DNA of 47,800 bases from Candidatus Zixiibacteriota bacterium (GTDB lineage Bacteria > Zixibacteria > MSB-5A5 > GN15 > FEB-12): NCBI GenBank assembly GCA_022562075.1, contig JADFPZ010000001.1:1-47800 (forward strand), given 5' to 3'. A program made the position numbers and the translations under genes. Under the pieces are notes generated by a model. The model was given only the letters and a program-made list of their open reading frames with translations. It searched no databases and was not told the origin of the DNA. Shown piece by piece: positions 10,301 through 16,231 of the stretch. The stretch's first letter is position 1. Every line of letters begins with the position of its first letter.

Positions 10301-10430
10301 AACCGGTATGGTTGAGGTGCTATGGGATGGCGCTTCCCGGACCGGGAATCAGGTCGCCAGTGGTGTTTATTTCTACAGACTCGAAGCCGGTGATTTTAAG
10401 AGAACTCGAAAGATGATGATGCTTAAATAA
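1395..10430 (+). CDS. Giant (3011 aa) secreted cell-surface repeat protein: T9SS cargo with 27 Cys-rich Ig-like repeats, a cohesin-like domain, a dockerin and a T9SS C-terminal sorting domain
   Basis: Uninterrupted 9-kb ORF with a GTG start preceded by AAGGAAAG. Signal peptide LILKTIVFTVLLSAVFASTGAA. See the sub-features for domains. Confidence 0.93.
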   Translation: MRENFGQSLILKTIVFTVLLSAVFASTGAATTYISCDTTEVTSHFTLIFEGVTYDTVASTSKWDYSLRWDGQPPELSYFFIELCSLITEQNLVAAEPSLGTIGKNGNLKLWGIKWDDIENFPSDTSFTFSFTLDQLLALDHTQFAPKAGVNKNIATICGPSVFCEGLDDQCIGNIPPAAYCPPDTSIFLCELQELCLTGFGASDPDNNLASIEISGGVLNGDTVCFVPVEGANTITLIATDSCGQADTCTTIVTVSLGQPPFITASAPTEIKLCQPETVCLNFAVGDPNNDIDSIWTSFGQIIDNDKVCFQADSSAVYQIVLSVIDSCGLSAVDSFEIFISINEAPVIVDIDTTDSYFCEGANQVCVKLTIDNPNGGLTGSSNLGVFNASDSTVCFYVDSSGRYCDYVIITNSCGLSDTISYCIDVVVNYPPVAVCPPNDTITACAPGQICLPGFNATDQDGNIAEVIVIGGTLSGDTVCFVPVQGDNVITLIVTDSCGLSDSCTTIITVINNGSPLEVIQAMPDTTIYLCQPSYVCLPLEFGYDNISLPDSSITVNIGQYENGFVCFVPYDSGNYMIIATATDSCGNIVADTAVVRILTDQFVDLACPPDTLIFICQPETLCFPLGNIPEWADIQVSGIATWYDAENNQVCFYAECGVRNRIIVKAITPCDTISCEFTVDVECNQPPLVFLSADTSIAMCVADTVGIPIAIIDPNGNINSIELPDFVSYDEFAGLILFMADTSGQYEIIVTVTDSCQASKTDRIIVSITIDEPPVCQLPSDTSFFICGPAEISLPISAYDIDQSDPVCTVISGAGSVVDGYWVYQADSNAILDVVIECRDNCDNVCIDSFRVVIDINEAPVCDVPSDTVFNLCEITEICLPIFGTDADGNLLDCEIVSGPGSLAGATGKNAIASQLSSNTTSLLWCYTPSNDTTFEVVIRCTDSCGAFCESSFNVTINLNQAPEAFCPADTSMLLCDLSEIFLTGFTANDMNGDELLLSVNVGSLSGDTLFFTPVVGENLITFIATDSCGISDTCQTLVTVDTNSAPVCDLIGDTTITSCVTEQICLPVGGSDIDGNLISCEIISGPGVIENGFWCYTPQANDTVDVTFRCTDECGEFCESSFRVIIDAGVAPIIADQFFSFKYCAESFNRELNIFATNNFADPTIFELLSGTGSIDSLSGIITYLPDTPGVYSFIVAASNSCGSDTALISDSVIFNRPPEIIGFDTTIYLCQIEEFCFDVFAFDPDNDSLEFILIQGPGQFTQLTDNSGEQCFMPEKIDSATYLFVYQVSDLCQDGSLDSAATYTQTVTITVILNQAPELEIPLDLDFFACIGDTVCFVVSASDSDGDPVTVEIISGSATVTNDSLVCIVADTSGAYDIGIKGSDSCGNSSTHFLSINIIVNSDPVVILGDDFAVEGCTEQEICFGFSANDPDNNLDVIFSNIGVVIGQDSLCFIADGSGVYEIIVTAVDSCGAVGVDTINVTVTLNTSPLVSLGPDTTREICPGDSVCLFVIIEDENISSSATNFELINNVVCFSADTAGIYEVWVYVIDSCGAEAADTVSVTITFPPAPFVELGEDFAAAICEPTEFCIDPDTIANFNSITVNYGQFDPLTNLFCVTISSSISDYLIVEITDSCGRVARDSLWFDIILNAAPVVEVSMPDTAVYLCGPAYICLPLLFSDFEEQFADSDISVNYGNYSNGEICFVPYDSGTYTIIASVSDSCGKIAADTAIVTVLTDQFIDLSCPNDTSIFICQPETLCFPLGNIPVWADISVSGIATWYDSENNQVCFYAECGVRNRIIVRAVTPCDTIICEFTVNVDCNQSPIVLLPGDTTFVLCGPDLVSFPVGIGDPDNNILSINTDSWATYEPFSSLLSFAADTEGVYILQVSATDSCGAQASAQISVTVFINESPEISFAVSDSVYVICVFGEICLPLDIFDRENNIVSVIPSLGYYDSENQQICFTPTDTVGLYCIDVIATDSCGLADTTTKCISIENDQAIGLDCPLDTLTTSLCFPGVVSRFIDISGQPDSIITSLGYFDESEIFFTANTSGFYTIDLSVYSPCSTLTCQLYFDVTIVDSVFITCPADDSVTICGPDTLCYPIIKSNSVQSLSVTAPAFISGDLVCLPVSEAGTYNLTIIGVGECGADTCDFSIRVEANSPPVLVSAPDTTYEDCEIPEICVPFTVTDADNNIDSIVGPDGILTGNEYCFTPPAQGLYNLIFTAYDSCGAIGSDTTAIRVTIAVANITCPSGTQSRTICSGDSATISVLITPFDAIVTVFLNGELNGQYNRDLGLVVVFPEVSGAHDVMVVAEATCKTDTCLFVLNATVLEPPVLSCPTQIDTSICLNDGNFICFPVSVTGSGVELSVSDNAVLTDSTVCVPVSQDGTIQVITYAQGTCGFDSCVTTINVDVDEPPVLSLPQGVVVERCDFETGQICIPGIFATDDSLLNITKICGPGTLELVRLDSGQVCFEPDENVYGTYTFCIQVDDGCNQVVDSFTVEVVPGPDCDRCVILVIDPGECIPVGRTHDVFINVETNRAIGGFDLLIGYDATVTSFSNATIEGTEIESWEFFTYRLNSSACGIACPSGTIRFTGIADINNGAAHPPVEALSPNGRFIKITFQVSNNQNISGLFLPINFIWFDCGDNTFGDPSGNELFIDNKIYNGEGILIWDEEDSISYPESSRPQGMGTPDSCIGPEAEVAPRRCVEFFNGGICIQDQASFNDRGDINLNSVPYEVADAIVFTNYFIYGLGVFIIDVSAQIAATDINADGIPLSVADLVLLIRIILGDADPIPKLNPHDQELLLQLVRNQDGVVISSNSSNGIGGAYLVFKLNSSETNVVPELATDAEHMDLRYHIADDELRILVFSMNGNTIESGDRQLIKLPVVSGQQPELIKSEFADGDGRPYKSSSTEIELPTDFELYQNYPNPFNPSTNISFYLPDQSDWKISIYNVNGSLVRQISGSNETGMVEVLWDGASRTGNQVASGVYFYRLEAGDFKRTRKMMMLK
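1915..8920 (+). repeat. 27 tandem coding repeats of ~80-100 aa (Cys-rich, DSCG-motif Ig-like units)
   Basis: Parsed by eye. Each unit reads roughly (A/P)P-x(4-6)-DT-x3-C-x(4-6)-(I/V)C(L/F)P ... (V/I)CF-x-(P/A)-x3-G-x-Y-x-(I/V)-x-(V/I)-x-(A/V)-(T/S)DSCG-x3-D ... (I/V)-x-V. Examples: TDSCGQADTC, IDSCGLSAVD, TDSCGLSDSC, TDSCGNIVAD, SDSCGNSSTH, VDSCGAVGVD, TDSCGAQASA, YDSCGAIGSD. Variant units carry TPCDTISCE, CTDSCGAFCE or GVGECGADTC. Confidence 0.85.
8921..9350 (+). other. Cohesin-like domain inside the giant protein
   Basis: VILVIDPGECIPVGRTHDVFINVETNRAIGGFDLLIGYDATVTSFSNATIEGTEIESWEFFTYRL...IKITFQV. The xxGGFDLxIxYD pattern and the alternating beta-strand pattern are as in cohesin modules. 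Confidence 0.5.
9573..9776 (+). other. Dockerin (type I-like, duplicated Ca-binding loop-helix) inside the giant protein
   Basis: DRGDINLNSVPYEVADAIVFTNYF ... ATDINADGIPLSVADLVLLIRIILGD. These are two D-x-N-x-(D/N)-G-like loops, each followed by a helix with (V)AD(A/L). Confidence 0.65.
10158..10427 (+). other. T9SS type-A C-terminal sorting domain (Por_Secre_tail-like)
   Basis: FELYQNYPNPFNPSTNISFYLPDQSDWKISIYNVNGSLVRQISG...VLWDGASRTGNQVASGVYFYRLEAGDFKRTRKMMMLK. The (Q)NYPNPFNP...I.F.LP...V.L.IY...G..V and SGVYFYRL motifs are canonical. Confidence 0.85.
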
Positions 10431-10453
10431 ATTTTTCCCTCTTATCTTTCCTC

Positions 10454-10491
10454 AAAGCGTCCGCGTGCTTGTTTGCGGGCGCTTTTTTTTT
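10454..10491 (+). terminator. Rho-independent terminator of the giant gene
   Basis: Stem GCGTCCGC (10457-10464) pairs with GCGGGCGC (10475-10482), with one G-U pair and a 10-nt loop. A run of nine T follows. Confidence 0.75.
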
Positions 10492-10513
10492 ACTCAAAAT
10501 TTTAATACTCTAT

Positions 10514-10982
10514 TTACTTGTGGTAGTCTCTGCCAATCAGAATTGAAAAGGCTCGGAAAAGTTGCTCCAGCAAAACTATTTTTACAATTTGATGAGAAAA
10601 TGTGACTCTGGATAATGACCAGACTTCGTTCACTTTTTTAGTATGCTGTTGTCAAGTCAGTAAGGTCCGCCGATAACTATTTTATTTCGTTTCTGCTTCT
10701 GACGGCAGGCCTCTCTAAGTTTTTTGCGAACGCAAAACTATCGACCATTTTTCCGATATCTGCCAGGGCTATCAGATAGCAGTCAGCCAGAATTTTTTCG
10801 AGTTTATCGGCTTCCAGTCGTTTTATTTCAGCAGGAGAGAGCGAAGATGATTTTGCCGGCGAAGTAACAGCAGTCCACTTGATTCTGGCGTATTTTGAGA
10901 GGAGTTTTTCATAATGAGCGACAGCTTCGTCGAGCCAGCGATCTTTGGATTTGCCAACTGCGACAATTTCTAAATTGACCAA
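10514..10982 (-). pseudogene. rlmH: rlmH (23S rRNA m3-pseudouridine1915 methyltransferase, SPOUT family) disrupted by two -1 frameshifts in A-runs and one in-frame TGA
   Basis: The N-terminal 101 aa, MVNLEIVAVGKSKDRWLDEAVAHYEKLL...LADIGKMVDSFAFAKNL, match RlmH. The other two frames continue with [15 protein letters not shown] and then [41 protein letters not shown]. That tracks the RlmH C-terminus (B. subtilis FVIGGSLGLS...[35 protein letters not shown]). Restoring one A at ~10680-10683, one A at 10634-10639, and TGA to GGA at 10657-10659 gives a 156-aa protein. Confidence 0.8.
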
Positions 10983-11003
10983 AACTGATTCCCTGAACTT
11001 ATG

Positions 11004-11918
11004 CTAACAAAAAAGAGCCTCAGTAAATTCTCTGGCGTCGAAAGACTGCAAGTCCTCGATTCCTTCACCAATGCCAATATATTCTATTGGCACCTGCAGC
11101 TCTGCTGCTATGGCAATTACCACTCCTCCTTTGGCAGTGCCGTCGAGTTTTGTAATAATGATACCGTCACAGCCCACAGCTTCGCCGAATTGTTTCACTT
11201 GACTGATAGCGTTCTGACCGGTGGAACCATCGATAACTAACTTTGAATAAACTGCTGCATCAGGCAGCACCTTGTTTATTGTGCGTTTAATCTTTTTTAG
11301 TTCTTCCATCAGATTTGTTTTTGTGTGCAGTCTGCCGGCAGTGTCTACCAGAAGCAAGTCAGCCTTTCGTGCTTTGGCAGCAGTTGCGGCGTCAAAAGCT
11401 ACTGCTGCCGGGTCTGAGCCTTCCTGAGATTTGACAATGTCAACATTACTTCTCTCGGCCCAGATTGCAATCTGGTCAACAGCGGCCGCTCTAAAAGTAT
11501 CACATGCTGCAATAATTACTTTTTTGCCTTGCGACGACATAATAGTCGAAAGTTTCCCTATAGTAGTTGTTTTACCGGCCCCGTTAACTCCGATAATAAG
11601 CCAGACCTCTGGTCTTTGGCGAATTTTTTGCGGAATGTCACGATTCTCAATTGATAGCAAAGTCGCAATTTCAACTTTTAATAGAGGAATTATATCTTCT
11701 GCCCGGGTAAGATTCTGCTCTTTAGCTTTTGCTTTGACAGTTTCTATCAGCCGCCCGGTAGCCTTAACGCCAACATCGGCTTCGATTAGCGTCTCTTCAA
11801 ACTCCTCCAGAAGTTCGTCATCGATTTTCCTATTTAAAACCAGACTGGAGATCTTGCCAAAGATATTAGCTCTGGTCTTAGATAGTGAACTTTTGAGTTT
11901 ACTTAGAACGCCGGACAT
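11004..11918 (-). CDS. ftsY: Signal recognition particle receptor FtsY
   Basis: SRP-GTPase motifs GVNGAGKTTTIGKL, DTAGRLH and TKLDGTAKGG. Classic position next to smc. Confidence 0.95.
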   Translation of the reverse strand: MSGVLSKLKSSLSKTRANIFGKISSLVLNRKIDDELLEEFEETLIEADVGVKATGRLIETVKAKAKEQNLTRAEDIIPLLKVEIATLLSIENRDIPQKIRQRPEVWLIIGVNGAGKTTTIGKLSTIMSSQGKKVIIAACDTFRAAAVDQIAIWAERSNVDIVKSQEGSDPAAVAFDAATAAKARKADLLLVDTAGRLHTKTNLMEELKKIKRTINKVLPDAAVYSKLVIDGSTGQNAISQVKQFGEAVGCDGIIITKLDGTAKGGVVIAIAAELQVPIEYIGIGEGIEDLQSFDAREFTEALFC

Positions 11919-11932
11919 TTGTGAATAGAGAA

Positions 11933-14900
11933 CTAATTATCTTCTCTGTTTTTTACCGGAGATTCGACTTTTGGACTGATTCTATCAACTACCGGTTGTG
12001 GAATCAGATCGTCTGTTTCTGCTATAGTTGTTTTTTCTTCTGGCTCGTCTGTTTCGATAATATCAGCTGGTGTTTCCAGCATAACCTCGCCAGTTTCTGA
12101 GTTAACCTGGCTGAACTTGACCGCCACAATCTGAGAAACACCGGGGTTGGACATTGTCACACCATAGAGGTTATCAGCTGCCTCCATAGTGATTTTGTTG
12201 TGCGTAATAATAATGAACTGGGTGTTATCTGCGAAGCGAGCAATCAATTTCAAAAATCGGCGGCAGTTGGCATCATCTAAAGGTGCGTCTATCTCATCGA
12301 GAATACAGTAAGCAGACGGTTTTACCAAGTATAGCGCAAACAATAAGGCGATAGCCGTCAGCGCCCGTTCTCCGCCGGACATCATGGTAACAGCAATAAG
12401 TTTCTTGCCGCGGGGGCGGGCAGTAATTTCAATATTTGATTCAAGCGGGTCGTTGGGGTTTTCGAGATATATACTGGCTTCGCCGCCTTCAAACAATTCG
12501 GTGAACAGCATCTGAAAATTATCTTTAACTTTTTCAAATGTTTCTTCAAAAAGCGTCCGGGCGGTTTTGTTTATTTTGGTAATGGTGGCCAGGAGATCAT
12601 CGCGCGCCGCCTCAAGGTCGGTCAACTGTTTTTCCAGAAATTCTTTGCGGTTGCTGGTTGACTGATATTCTTCAAGCGCCAGGAGATTGACTGCCCCGAA
12701 AGTTTTCAAAAGCTCCTTTTGCCTGGTAAGATGGGCAATGGCCTCGCTTTCAGGCATTTCGGGGATAGGGTTCTGGCTTTCAAATTCCCGGATATTTACG
12801 TTGTAGTCCTCTAGCATCCGCTCGGTACTGCCGCTCAGCTCGTTTTCGAGAGCGCTCATTTGCATCTCGATAGTATGACTCTCTTTGCTGAGTTTGTCTT
12901 TAACAAGGCGTAGCTCTTTTAGATGCTTCTCAGAACTGAATGTTTGTCCTTGTAGTTCATCGAACTTTTGTCTAAGTGTACTTTGAGATTCGCTGATTTC
13001 AGTTCGTGACTCAAAAGTAAGTTTAAGTTTGGTTTCAAGTTCAGCTGATCTCTTGAGCGAACTTTCTATTTCTTCCTGAGCGTCTTCTATCTCCGTGGAT
13101 TTTGTCACTATCGTACCGGATATTTCATCCAACAACTCTTTGGTATAGTTTATTTTGTTGTCGCACTGGTCAATTTTGCTCTGTGTTTCCACTGCTTTGA
13201 CCTGGAGTTTGCTCACCAGCGACTGCGATTCTCCGGATAAGCGCTCTATCTCTTCGAGTTTCTTCGAAGACAGGTTCAGTTCATTTACTAAACTCTGTTT
13301 TAGTTTACTCAACTGACCATAGCCGAGATTTAAGGAGTATTGCTTTTGCTGCAGTTGCGTTTGTTTTTCACCTGCCAGGTCGATTTCTTTGGCCAGACGC
13401 GAGAGCTCGGTTTCTGAAAGTCGCAGCTCATAATTTAATTCATCAATCTGTTTCTGATTAGAGGCGATTTCACGTTCGTTTGTTTCCAGGGTGCCGTTGA
13501 GGCTTTTGATTGACAGCTCTGCGTCACTAATTTGCTTTGCTGAATTGTGCTCGGTTTGTTTCTGAGTTTCAGCTACTAGTTTGAGCTGGTCAATTTGTTG
13601 GGAAAGTTCTGTAAGCTGATCTTTACGGCGAAACAGCTGCAGAGCCTCTGATGAGCCACCGACAATAGTGTTTCTGGTGTAGAGAAGTCCATCGGTAGAG
13701 ACGGCTTTGAAGCCATAGGGGAGGTGCTCCAGAATTGCTTTGGGGTCGCTGCCAGCTTCGAACACGGCAGTCTGCGACAGAATAGTTTGCATTAGTGGTT
13801 TCAAATTATCAGCTGTCGATACGAACTCATCAAGCCAGCCAACAAATCCCGCAGAGCTCAGTTGCGGACGTTTGATCTGAGGGTTCAAGCTGCCGGCATT
13901 AGGAACAATTAATCCCGCCCGGCCTTTGTTTTCTATTTTGAGACGCTCGATTATCTTTTCTGCAGTATCTTTGCTGTCGCAAATAACATAGTGCGAGATA
14001 TCACCCAGAGCTGACTCAACAGCTTTTTCCATTCCTGCAGCTGGTTTGAAGCGGTCCGCGACTGTTCCTTGAATTCCTTCAAATTCATCTTTGAACTCAA
14101 GTACTGTTATTACGCCGGCGTAGGTGCCTCCGAATGAGTATATCAGTTCACTCAAAATCTTTTGCTGCGCCTGGCTGGCTTCAATTGAGGCATAGCTCTT
14201 AGAAAGTTCTTTTCCGATCTGTTCAAGAACGTTTTTCTTGGTCGCTTGTTCTTGGGTAGTTTTGCTCAATTCAGTTTGTGCCGAGATTCTGCTCTGTGAC
14301 AGTTCGTCCGCTATGGCGCTTAGTTTTTCCAGATCGGAAGATAATTTTGTCTTTTTTTCTGACAGCTCTATTTTGCTCTTGTTTAATTCCTCGAGGTGAA
14401 TAGTAAGGTCTTCAATCTGAGTTTGAATGTTGTCGTCTTCGGTTTTGCCAGAAGATAATCTGCTTTCCAGTTCAATTAACTTAGAGTTTTCACCGTCTTT
14501 GGAACTGCGCATATCCAGAAGTTGCTTATCAACCAGAGCTTGTCTGTTCTGGGCTTCCTTGAGGTTGTTTTCAACTACTTCGTATTCTGCCCTATGTTCA
14601 TTTATCTCAGCGCCGGTGTCTACGGCCTGCTCGGAGAGAATCTGAGAGCGGAGATTAAGAGCCTCAATTTCCTTTTCGTTCCGCTCTATCAGATTAGACG
14701 CATTAGATTTTTTCTCAGTTAGAACGGAAATCTCTTTTTCATATTTGTGGGCAGTTTCTGTCGTTTCAAACAATTCGTTGGTTACCCTGCTAAGTTCTTT
14801 TTCTATCTCAAGCTGTATTTCCCGTTTGGACTCAACCTCGGCCCCAAGGCTGTCTACTCCGACTTCGTTGGCGGTCAGATTGCCGGATAACTCATCGAAC

Positions 14901-15640
14901 CGTTCTTTTAAGAGGCGCTTTTCTTTTTCAATCTTTTTGACTCTCCCAGAAGTAAAGTACAGCTCCCAGTTGCGGACTTCGTCGCTTAAAATTTGATATC
15001 TTTCTGCTTTACGCTGCTGACGTTTAAGAGAGTTTACCTGTGTCTTTACTTCGGAATAAATGTCTTTTAGTCTCTGAAGGTCCTGGTCGGTGGCATCGAG
15101 TTTGCGAAGAGCAGCATTTTTCCTCTGCTTGTACTTGGTAATGCCGGCAGCTTCTTCGAATAGAAACCGCCGCTCCTCTGCCTTGTCAGATATTATCGAG
15201 TCAATCATCTCCTGCTGAATTACTGAATAAGAATGTGCTCCGGCACCTGTATCATAAAACAGATCGGTAATGTCTTTCAGGCGACAGGGGACTTTGTTTA
15301 ATAAATACTCGGCTTCGCCGCTCCTAAAAAGCCTGCGGGTTATTTGAACTTCACTGTATTCGACCGGCAGCACGCCGCGGTTATTAATCATAGTCAGAGA
15401 AACTTCGGCCATGCCCAATGGTGCCATATCGCGGCTGCCGTTAAATATTACTTCCTGCATACTACTTCCGCGTAAAAGAGAAGTTTTCTGCTCTCCCATT
15501 ACCCAGCGGATAGCGTCCAGGATATTAGTTTTACCACAGCCGTTTGGTCCGACTATCGAAGTTTTTCCTTGTGAAAATTTTATGACGGTCTTGTTGGGAA
15601 AAGATTTAAAGCCTACCAGTTCCAGTTGCTTTAAGTACAA
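11933..15640 (-). CDS. smc: Chromosome segregation protein SMC
   Basis: MYLKQLELVGFKSF..., Walker A GPNGCGKTN, ~900 aa of coiled coil with a central hinge, signature MSGGERALTAIALLFAL, and Walker B YCILDEIDAPLD. Confidence 0.95.
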   Translation of the reverse strand: MYLKQLELVGFKSFPNKTVIKFSQGKTSIVGPNGCGKTNILDAIRWVMGEQKTSLLRGSSMQEVIFNGSRDMAPLGMAEVSLTMINNRGVLPVEYSEVQITRRLFRSGEAEYLLNKVPCRLKDITDLFYDTGAGAHSYSVIQQEMIDSIISDKAEERRFLFEEAAGITKYKQRKNAALRKLDATDQDLQRLKDIYSEVKTQVNSLKRQQRKAERYQILSDEVRNWELYFTSGRVKKIEKEKRLLKERFDELSGNLTANEVGVDSLGAEVESKREIQLEIEKELSRVTNELFETTETAHKYEKEISVLTEKKSNASNLIERNEKEIEALNLRSQILSEQAVDTGAEINEHRAEYEVVENNLKEAQNRQALVDKQLLDMRSSKDGENSKLIELESRLSSGKTEDDNIQTQIEDLTIHLEELNKSKIELSEKKTKLSSDLEKLSAIADELSQSRISAQTELSKTTQEQATKKNVLEQIGKELSKSYASIEASQAQQKILSELIYSFGGTYAGVITVLEFKDEFEGIQGTVADRFKPAAGMEKAVESALGDISHYVICDSKDTAEKIIERLKIENKGRAGLIVPNAGSLNPQIKRPQLSSAGFVGWLDEFVSTADNLKPLMQTILSQTAVFEAGSDPKAILEHLPYGFKAVSTDGLLYTRNTIVGGSSEALQLFRRKDQLTELSQQIDQLKLVAETQKQTEHNSAKQISDAELSIKSLNGTLETNEREIASNQKQIDELNYELRLSETELSRLAKEIDLAGEKQTQLQQKQYSLNLGYGQLSKLKQSLVNELNLSSKKLEEIERLSGESQSLVSKLQVKAVETQSKIDQCDNKINYTKELLDEISGTIVTKSTEIEDAQEEIESSLKRSAELETKLKLTFESRTEISESQSTLRQKFDELQGQTFSSEKHLKELRLVKDKLSKESHTIEMQMSALENELSGSTERMLEDYNVNIREFESQNPIPEMPESEAIAHLTRQKELLKTFGAVNLLALEEYQSTSNRKEFLEKQLTDLEAARDDLLATITKINKTARTLFEETFEKVKDNFQMLFTELFEGGEASIYLENPNDPLESNIEITARPRGKKLIAVTMMSGGERALTAIALLFALYLVKPSAYCILDEIDAPLDDANCRRFLKLIARFADNTQFIIITHNKITMEAADNLYGVTMSNPGVSQIVAVKFSQVNSETGEVMLETPADIIETDEPEEKTTIAETDDLIPQPVVDRISPKVESPVKNREDN

Positions 15641-15652
15641 ATTGCCTCCAGG

Positions 15653-16231
15653 TTAAATTCCGGCTTGTGCCGGAGTCTCAGACGACCGGCCGGTTTTAAG
15701 CAGTGCCAGGGTATCGAACAATGAGCGGTAAATGTTTCTTTCGTCTCTCAAATATCTGGTTTTTATTTCTAAATTATAAAACGGATTTCCCCGATGGTTC
15801 CCTTTACCGACTCGAAGCGCTTTCGGAAAATTCAATAATATGGAAGATGTAAACGCCGAGTTTTCAAAGTTCAAATCCAATATCATGTCAAAATTGTACT
15901 GGCTCAAGGTAGACAGAAAGGCAGGTTTAGCCACACCGGACCAGGTTACTTGATCGGACGAGGGAGATACAATATTAAATCCTTTGCGAGGGTAAATATC
16001 CGCAACCCGCACCCCGGGCATCGAGAGCAAAGTAAAATCCGATGACTTAAACAAACTGGTTAGCGTTGGTAAGTACTGCTTGACTACTGTCAGCTCCCTG
16101 AGACCTTCGGGAAGGCAGACTAATATCTGTTTGGGGGACTGCAGGCTTTCAGGAAAGTCAAACATTTCTGACTCCATTTTACCCTTTTGCTGATAAAGTT
16201 TAATGTTGGCCAGGTATTTTTTTAATTTCAT
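15653..16231 (-). CDS. Hypothetical protein with a half-GT-B (GT9 heptosyltransferase N-domain-like) look
   Basis: 192 aa, tightly packed between rodZ and smc. PKQILVCLPEGLRELTVVKQYLPTL and FDMILDLNFENSAFTSSILLNFPKALRVG recall the GT9 N-domain pattern (ILVIR.G.LGD..., yDlviDL....s.ll..l.ga..RiG). No C-terminal nucleotide-sugar half is present. Confidence 0.6.
   Translation of the reverse strand: MKLKKYLANIKLYQQKGKMESEMFDFPESLQSPKQILVCLPEGLRELTVVKQYLPTLTSLFKSSDFTLLSMPGVRVADIYPRKGFNIVSPSSDQVTWSGVAKPAFLSTLSQYNFDMILDLNFENSAFTSSILLNFPKALRVGKGNHRGNPFYNLEIKTRYLRDERNIYRSLFDTLALLKTGRSSETPAQAGI

Noticed and set aside
10514-10982. TGA at the conserved RlmH glycine could indicate genetic code 25 (TGA = Gly, as in Gracilibacteria/SR1).
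   Set aside because: ORFs of 3011, 1235, 1185 and 946 aa are uninterrupted in the standard code. TGA also serves as an ordinary stop for several good genes (for example 22904-22906, 29451-29453, 44110-44112). The same gene has two frameshifts as well, so decay or sequencing error is the simpler explanation.
11001-15656. Plus-strand ORFs opposite ftsY and smc (11001-11240, 11431-11928, 14427-14996, 15411-15656).
   Set aside because: They are antisense to high-confidence ftsY and smc genes. Their Ser/Leu-rich products are typical of reverse-frame translation of coiled-coil genes.
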